A stretch of DNA of 64,000 bases. Origin: Gloeobacterales cyanobacterium (GTDB lineage: Bacteria; Cyanobacteriota; Cyanobacteriia; Gloeobacterales; PMM-0068). A program made the position numbers and the translations under genes. The notes beneath the pieces are model-generated. The model searched no databases. It saw nothing but the letters and a program-made list of their open reading frames with translations, and was not told the DNA's origin. Below are positions 58,671 to 64,000 of this stretch, piece after piece; the first letter of the stretch is position 1, and each line of letters opens with the position of its first letter. The stretch covers positions 1 through 64,000 of the forward strand of contig JBBRSB010000010.1 in the NCBI GenBank assembly GCA_038245785.1. The letters run 5' to 3'.

Positions 58671-59240
58671 ATGGACTCTCTCCTACGAAACCCAGCCATA
58701 GCTCAAGCCTCTACAGATCCATGGATAGGAGCGACTAGAGCATTACGTTCTTCTATTGGCATGGAAAAAGTTACGCAGGTCCATGCTTTGGAGCATGGCA
58801 CTATTTGGGTGCTTTCCGAGAAATATCCAAAATCCCAACTAGGGGGAGCTTCTACTAATCAGGGCTTTTATATATACGGTCAGGTAGACTCTCAGATTTT
58901 GCTAGAAGCGGCCCGAGAAGCTTTAGAACGCTTCAAACGCGGAGAAGACGAATTAGCGGTACATCCTCGCTGTGGGACTAATCTTTCCGTAGGTATGCTG
59001 CTAACTATGGGATTTGCTTTTGGGTTTAATCTCTTACTCCCTCGCAGACTACCCAATTTAGTTATGGGAGCTGGTCTAGCTGCCGTATGCTCTTCTTTAC
59101 TTTCTCCTGGTTTGGGAGCCAAGGCTCAAAAGTATGTCACCACCGACATTCCTATGAATCTATCGATTGTGGGAATTCGAACACAAACAGACTGGATGGG
59201 GCGCAAGACTCATTTTGTCCAAACCCAATACCACGCTTGA
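58671..59240 (+). CDS. Conserved membrane-associated hypothetical protein (DUF6391-like)
   Basis: QVHALEHGTIWVL and LAVHPRCGTNL. Confidence 0.75.
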   Translation: MDSLLRNPAIAQASTDPWIGATRALRSSIGMEKVTQVHALEHGTIWVLSEKYPKSQLGGASTNQGFYIYGQVDSQILLEAAREALERFKRGEDELAVHPRCGTNLSVGMLLTMGFAFGFNLLLPRRLPNLVMGAGLAAVCSSLLSPGLGAKAQKYVTTDIPMNLSIVGIRTQTDWMGRKTHFVQTQYHA

Positions 59241-60225
59241 ATTAGGAGCTTGGGTCGAGCCTCACGTACTGTTGGGCTTTAAGGCTGAAGACTGGGAGCA
59301 GCTTCGTGCTTCTGGCATTCGTCATTTTTTTATAGAGTGCTTTAAGCATGGACGCTTGGATCTGCGATTGGTAGACCGCAATCACTCCCATTATCTTCCT
59401 GGTCTTTTAAAACAGCATTTGCCCGATTCAGCTTGCCATGCTTGGGTACATACCCTGCGGTGGAGCATTTCTAGTCAATGCAGAACTTTAATAGAACTAG
59501 AGCGTTTAGCTTCTCCTCTTGATCACTCAAGCACCAAGTATCTTGCCTGTGACTTAAGGGCCTATGCATCCCTTCTCCTGACTCACGGGCGGGAACATCA
59601 CTTGAGCTGGGATATCGAACAAAATGGGGGTTTATTTGCTGATGTGACCCGTCTACATGACGGCAAAGATCTCCTCAATTCTCCGCTCCGTTGGGCGTTA
59701 GACACTATTGCTGCAAATCCAGAGATACAGACTATTCACCTCGATTACTGTCGCTATCCGAATCCAAATATCAGCCCTCTACAACGGCATGTTCACTATC
59801 AGCAGTCTGCTCATGAACATGAAGTATCTCAGCGCACCCGCAATATCGCCCAACTATTGGAAATTTTGAGCCGACGCTATGGCCAAGCACGTCTCTCTGC
59901 CACCCCCATTACTGCCTTTAATACTGAAGTTGGTCAAGACTGCCGAGATTTTTTTCAGAATACCCACTTTGTCATTCCCCAGTGCTACAGCGAGACAGAC
60001 AGCCAAGTGGCTAGCTTCCTGGAACTTTGCCAGAACAGTAGAGGTCAGATGCTATGCGGCGTTGTTCATGGTCCATCGCCCAATCATCCCTATGGAGCCT
60101 TTGAACAAATAAAGCGCATCCGCCAAATTGCTGGGGATGCGCCTTTAGGTCTAATGGGTCTGTGTTTTTGGAAGTTCAGTCAAGAACTTATTAAAGAACT
60201 TTCAGACGCTTCCTCTAGCCAATAG
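59167..60225 (+). CDS. Divergent glycoside-hydrolase-like (GHL10/YddW-like) protein; start uncertain
   Basis: HAWVH, IHLDYCRYP, GQD and PQCY loosely match GHL10 motifs; no clear start codon and overlaps the upstream gene. Confidence 0.45.
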   Translation: MWEFEHKQTGWGARLILSKPNTTLELGAWVEPHVLLGFKAEDWEQLRASGIRHFFIECFKHGRLDLRLVDRNHSHYLPGLLKQHLPDSACHAWVHTLRWSISSQCRTLIELERLASPLDHSSTKYLACDLRAYASLLLTHGREHHLSWDIEQNGGLFADVTRLHDGKDLLNSPLRWALDTIAANPEIQTIHLDYCRYPNPNISPLQRHVHYQQSAHEHEVSQRTRNIAQLLEILSRRYGQARLSATPITAFNTEVGQDCRDFFQNTHFVIPQCYSETDSQVASFLELCQNSRGQMLCGVVHGPSPNHPYGAFEQIKRIRQIAGDAPLGLMGLCFWKFSQELIKELSDASSSQ

Positions 60226-60547
60226 TCACCTGGTCAGTTGTTACGCCTGTAGCACCACTAACCCCTTTGGCAACGGAAGCCATTTTGTTGAGGATCTCTT
60301 GGCTAGGAACGGAGCCTTTGAGCACTACCGTACCGCCAGTCTGAGCAACATAGAGGGTGTCGACATCATCCAGGCCTGAATCAGCATCAAAGGCTGCGGC
60401 TACTCGCTTGGCGAGACCACTCTGGTCAAATTCTCCACTCAGGCCCACCCGTTCTGGGGGAATCGGTTCCCCAGTCGGGCTAGTGGCAGCTTGAGCTACA
60501 GCCTCAGGTGGCTTTTCTAAACCAAAGAGACGCTGCAGAAAACCCAT
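60215..60547 (-). CDS. BON domain protein
   Basis: FDQSGLAKRV...LYVAQTGGTVVLKG...GVTTDQV. Confidence 0.88.
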   Translation of the reverse strand: MGFLQRLFGLEKPPEAVAQAATSPTGEPIPPERVGLSGEFDQSGLAKRVAAAFDADSGLDDVDTLYVAQTGGTVVLKGSVPSQEILNKMASVAKGVSGATGVTTDQVTIG

Positions 60548-60641
60548 GTGTTATCTCCATAACTAACAGATCCATCATACATAAGTCTTTTTCCCTTCTC
60601 AGTCGCGAACCATACATTGCTTTTTGCGGCCATCTGAGGGG

Positions 60642-61262
60642 TTAAACCTGCTGGGAAAAGCTATAAACAGAGCGGAATTTCTCCAAAATACAGAAAAAAA
60701 CTTTTTCGGGAGCTTGTATTCCGTCAATTGCCACTATGCGCGTAGGATAAGCGGCCTGTAAAGCTGCAAAACCATCATGGACACGTCGATGAAAGTCGAT
60801 ACCGCTAAGCTCTAAACGGTCTAGCTCCTCAGTATTTTTCCTGGCAAACCCTACTTCGGGCGGAATATTTAGCCAAAAAGTTAGGTCTGGAAAGAGTCCA
60901 TCGGTCGCAATAGTATTAAGTTGTTCGATCCATTCGAGATTGAGCTGCCGACCATAGCCTTGATAGGCCACCGTAGAATCCGTAAATCGGTCACAGAGGA
61001 CCACCTCTTTTCGCCGTAAGGCAGGGATTATGACTTCGCCCACGTGCTGAGCGCGGTCTGCACTATAGAGGAGTAGCTCCGCTCGTTTATCCACCGGACT
61101 TTGACTTTCTAGCAAAAGATTTCGTACATGCTTTCCCAGAGAAGTTCCCCCTGGCTCCCGGGTGACCACGCAAGGGATAGCTTGGCTGAAGCACCAATCT
61201 GCCAGCTTTTTGATTTGCGTGGATTTACCCGCTCCCTCTCCACCTTCAAATGTGACAAACAT
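60642..61262 (-). CDS. tmk: Thymidylate kinase
   Basis: FVTFEGGEGAGKST, TREPGGT and CDRFTDSTVAYQG; start ATG 61262. Confidence 0.97.
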   Translation of the reverse strand: MFVTFEGGEGAGKSTQIKKLADWCFSQAIPCVVTREPGGTSLGKHVRNLLLESQSPVDKRAELLLYSADRAQHVGEVIIPALRRKEVVLCDRFTDSTVAYQGYGRQLNLEWIEQLNTIATDGLFPDLTFWLNIPPEVGFARKNTEELDRLELSGIDFHRRVHDGFAALQAAYPTRIVAIDGIQAPEKVFFCILEKFRSVYSFSQQV

Positions 61263-61328
61263 GAAACATCTCTTTACACTTTCAGGAACCTGTGGCAAGA
61301 TCTCTTATAAGACCCTCAGGTATTATCC

Positions 61329-61457
61329 ATGACTGCCCAGGCCCTGATCATTTCAGTTGTGGTTAGCCTTGTACTCATCACAGGCTACTCAATTTACACT
61401 GCATTCGGACCTCCTTCTAAAGATCTGGAAGACCCCTATGAAATGCATGAAGATTAA
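61329..61457 (+). CDS. psbN: Photosystem II assembly protein PsbN
   Basis: Manual translation [42 protein letters not shown]. Confidence 0.95.
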   Translation: MTAQALIISVVVSLVLITGYSIYTAFGPPSKDLEDPYEMHED

Positions 61458-61485
61458 TAAAACCGATATTTAGATAAATCTTTAT

Positions 61486-61519
61486 AAAAAAAGGGCTTGG
61501 AGAACCAAGCCCTTTTTTT
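61486..61519. terminator. Bidirectional terminator between psbN and psbT
   Basis: AAAAAAAGGGCTTGG-AGAA-CCAAGCCCTTTTTTT. Confidence 0.9.
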
Positions 61520-61520
61520 C

Positions 61521-61652
61521 TTATTTTTCTTCCTCTTTCTTCTTAACCAAAAACTGATTTGGGTCTTCCCGAAAGAAGATGGCGAAAAACAAAGTACCAA
61601 GAATCAGAGCCAGAATGACCGCATAGACGATCGTAGTTATACCGCTGTTCAT
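61521..61652 (-). CDS. psbT: Photosystem II reaction centre protein T
   Basis: MNSGITTIVYAVILALILGTLFFAIFFREDP...; downstream of psbB. Confidence 0.93.
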   Translation of the reverse strand: MNSGITTIVYAVILALILGTLFFAIFFREDPNQFLVKKKEEEK

Positions 61653-61718
61653 AGAGCTTTTACTCCCGTTACATACAGGATAAACCCAGCAGAGGGATCT
61701 GCTGGGCATATCTTACAG

Positions 61719-63338
61719 TTAGATGACTTCTTCTTTACGGGTAGAAACGTCCCCGACTTTCTTGAACAAGCCAAATTCAACTTGCTCCATTTCCTGATCG
61801 ACTCCAGTAAACACATCCAAGAATAGGGTACGAGCCCCATGCCAGATATGGCCGAAGAAGAACAGAAGCGCGAATACACCATGACCTAGAGCAAACCAGG
61901 TGCGTGGAGAGGCCCGGAAGACCCCATCCGCAGGGACAGACTCACGGTCAAACTCGAAGATCGAACCTAGCTGGGCACGACGAGCATAGCGCTTCACATC
62001 GGCAGGCTCTGAGAAGGTTTTACCATTCAGAGAACCACCCAAGAAGGAGACGGTTACACCAGTCTGCTCAAAGCTGTATTGAGCTTCAGAGCGTTGGAAA
62101 GGAATGTCTGCGCGAACAATCCGGTCTTTATCCCGCAGGATGACAGGCTGCGTTTCAAAGAGGGTGTTTAGACGATCAACTTTGACGATGCGTCCTTCTC
62201 CATCTTTGAATACAGGATAGCCAAGCCACTGCTTAGCCAGACCATCACCGTTGTTCATAGGACCTGCACGGAATAAACCACCTTTAGCAGGGTTATTACC
62301 GACATAGTCATAGAAACGAAGCTTCAGGTTGACCAACTTCTGAGCATCTTCCTCAGTTCTCTTACCGCCTTCAACTAGAACGGTGCGCTCCAGTTGAGTC
62401 AGGGGAACTGAAGTGTACGCTTGGGAAGGAGCAGCACCAGACTTGATGACCGATGCAACGCGGTCATCAAGTTCCTTGTGGAAAATCTCTTCATCCCATT
62501 GATAGCGGGTCGGACCAAACAAGTCTGGGGGAGTAGTTGCTGTTCCGTACCACATGGTTCCTGCCACGACGAAGGCAGCAAAGAAGACTGCGGCAATAGA
62601 ACTAGCCAACACTGTTTCGATATTTCCCATCTTCAAAGCGCGGTAAAGCCGCTCTGGAGGACGGAAGAATATATGAAATAGGCCCCCTAGCATCCCAACG
62701 AGGCCCGCAGCGACGTGGTGGGCTGCAATACCCCCAACGTTGTACGGGTCAAATCCATCAGGTCCCCAGGAGAAACCTGTTGTCTGGACGTGTCCCGTTA
62801 TCCCTAGAGGATCGGAAACCCACATGCCAACGGTTTGAAGGTGAACGGCACCAAAACCAAAACAAACAAGACCAGAGAGAAAAAGATGAATACCGAAAAT
62901 CTTGGGCAGGTCTAAAACGAGTTCACCCGTACGAGAATCACGGAATAGATCGAGGTCCCAGTTCACCCAATGCCAACAAGCAGCTAAGAAGAGTAAACCA
63001 GCCAGGACAATGTGTGCTCCAGCGACCCCTTCAAAGGACCAGAAACCCACATTCGATGTAATTTGATTACCATAGCCATCAGCATTAAACGGTCCGAATA
63101 CGGACCAGCCCGACCATGAATTCACGACCCCGAGGCGCGTCATGAAAGGCATGACAAACATGCCCTGCCGCCACATCGGGTTCAAAACAGGGTCATTAGG
63201 GTTGTATAGCGCTACTTCATAGAGCGCCATCGACCCAGCCCAACCTGCCACCAAAGCAGTATGCATGAGGTGTACAGCGATCAGACGACCGGGGTCATTA
63301 AGAACTACTGTATGCACCCGATACCAGGGGAGTCCCAT
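61719..63338 (-). CDS. psbB: Photosystem II CP47
   Basis: [37 protein letters not shown]...[11 protein letters not shown]. Confidence 0.99.
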   Translation of the reverse strand: MGLPWYRVHTVVLNDPGRLIAVHLMHTALVAGWAGSMALYEVALYNPNDPVLNPMWRQGMFVMPFMTRLGVVNSWSGWSVFGPFNADGYGNQITSNVGFWSFEGVAGAHIVLAGLLFLAACWHWVNWDLDLFRDSRTGELVLDLPKIFGIHLFLSGLVCFGFGAVHLQTVGMWVSDPLGITGHVQTTGFSWGPDGFDPYNVGGIAAHHVAAGLVGMLGGLFHIFFRPPERLYRALKMGNIETVLASSIAAVFFAAFVVAGTMWYGTATTPPDLFGPTRYQWDEEIFHKELDDRVASVIKSGAAPSQAYTSVPLTQLERTVLVEGGKRTEEDAQKLVNLKLRFYDYVGNNPAKGGLFRAGPMNNGDGLAKQWLGYPVFKDGEGRIVKVDRLNTLFETQPVILRDKDRIVRADIPFQRSEAQYSFEQTGVTVSFLGGSLNGKTFSEPADVKRYARRAQLGSIFEFDRESVPADGVFRASPRTWFALGHGVFALLFFFGHIWHGARTLFLDVFTGVDQEMEQVEFGLFKKVGDVSTRKEEVI

Positions 63339-63557
63339 GGGTTGTGCTTCCTCCTAACGTACGTCAACGAATTTTTCTTGCTTTTCTTAAGGAAACGCCA
63401 GCGCTGTTTGGTCGAATCGAAGTCTTTAGAATGGCTTCCATTTTGGATAAAACAGTATAAAGAAGTGTAACCACAACTCAGCATTCCCGCAACCTTTTGC
63501 CGCAAGAGTTTTGTGCTTTATGCAGACTAGGGATCAATAGGAATTCGCGCTATTTTC

Positions 63558-63575
63558 TTTACAAAAATTTACCAG
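63558..63575. promoter_or_regulatory. HLR1-like (RpaB) direct repeat between psbB and ferredoxin
   Basis: TTTACAAA-AA-TTTACCAG; imperfect second half-site. Confidence 0.3.
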
Positions 63576-63621
63576 AGGGTGATGATTGTAAGTAGAGAAG
63601 TCTATTTATCAAAAAGGACCT

Positions 63622-64000
63622 ATGAAAAACGCAGATTCTCCTGACACCTCAGAATCCTCTTCTGCTCCTCTTCCCCGCAATGAAGAATCGATTTTCCAGG
63701 CTCCTGCTCCTACACTTCAGACGTTCACCGTCCGCTATCCAGACCGAAATATGGAAGCTCCTGTTCAAGAAGGAGAGGCTCTACGGGATGCGATTCGTGA
63801 GCATGGGGTCCCTTTGTATACGTTTATCAATAACCTCCGCAACTGTAACGGGGGTGGCCAATGCGGTACCTGTTTTGTAGAAGTTTTAGAGGGTATGGAC
63901 AATCTCTCACCGCGCACCATTGCCGAGCAACGCCTCCTTAAGCGTCGTTCTGAAAATTGCCGTTTATCTTGTCAAGCGCTGATTTACGGAGATGTTGCTA
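63622..64000 (+). CDS. 2Fe-2S ferredoxin-like protein (partial, runs off window end)
   Basis: Manual translation includes NCNGGGQCGTCFVEV...RLSCQ; ATG 63622 after AAGGA. Confidence 0.9.
   Translation, partial: MKNADSPDTSESSSAPLPRNEESIFQAPAPTLQTFTVRYPDRNMEAPVQEGEALRDAIREHGVPLYTFINNLRNCNGGGQCGTCFVEVLEGMDNLSPRTIAEQRLLKRRSENCRLSCQALIYGDVA

Noticed and set aside
58514..60225. Integrative element at tRNA-Gln
   Set aside because: No integrase gene or duplicated tRNA 3' end was seen.
61263..61328. psbH divergent from psbN
   Set aside because: Only 66 bp separate psbN from tmk, and no PsbH-like reading frame is present.

Overview
Cyanobacterial chromosome segment, most likely from the early-branching, thylakoid-less Gloeobacterales. 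This is an inference from a Gloeobacter-like D1, a CP47 loop insertion, rpsD inside the alpha operon, psbB-psbT/psbN linkage and no HIP1 octamers noticed by eye. Most of the window is housekeeping: psbA, lipA, ndhF/ndhD, iscS-iscA, hisD, lysS, glyS, a tocopherol trio, mraY, fabI, rpmJ-rpsM-rpsK-rpsD-rpoA-rplQ, folE, crtO, phoU, tgt, EPS genes, tRNA-Gln, tmk, psbN/psbT/psbB and a ferredoxin. The standout is an ~11 kb accessory locus (9746-21017). It encodes a HetC-like C39-peptidase ABC transporter, HlyD, a HetP-family protein, two PpiC/SurA-like foldases and at least seven small leader peptides, six with a double-glycine site, and it has no RiPP-modifying enzyme. Four tandem paralogues have N/Q/Y/S-rich cores whose conserved residues alternate strictly and switch parity at a central FRG turn, which suggests a long beta-hairpin/cross-beta fibre (functional amyloid) subunit. 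Each cassette has its own palindrome TGCCA-N3-TGGCA, 21-22 nt upstream of a TAnnnT box (7 intact sites plus 1 decayed). The same site also precedes a candidate structured sRNA and an unannotated 49-aa ORF. Other notable items are a plant/chlamydial-type FabI, an NdhF that mixes NdhF1 and NdhF3/F4 signatures next to an NdhD3/D4-like gene without cup genes, psbH missing from its usual position, and a RAYT/REP remnant. All family assignments come from recognising motifs by eye, not from database searches.
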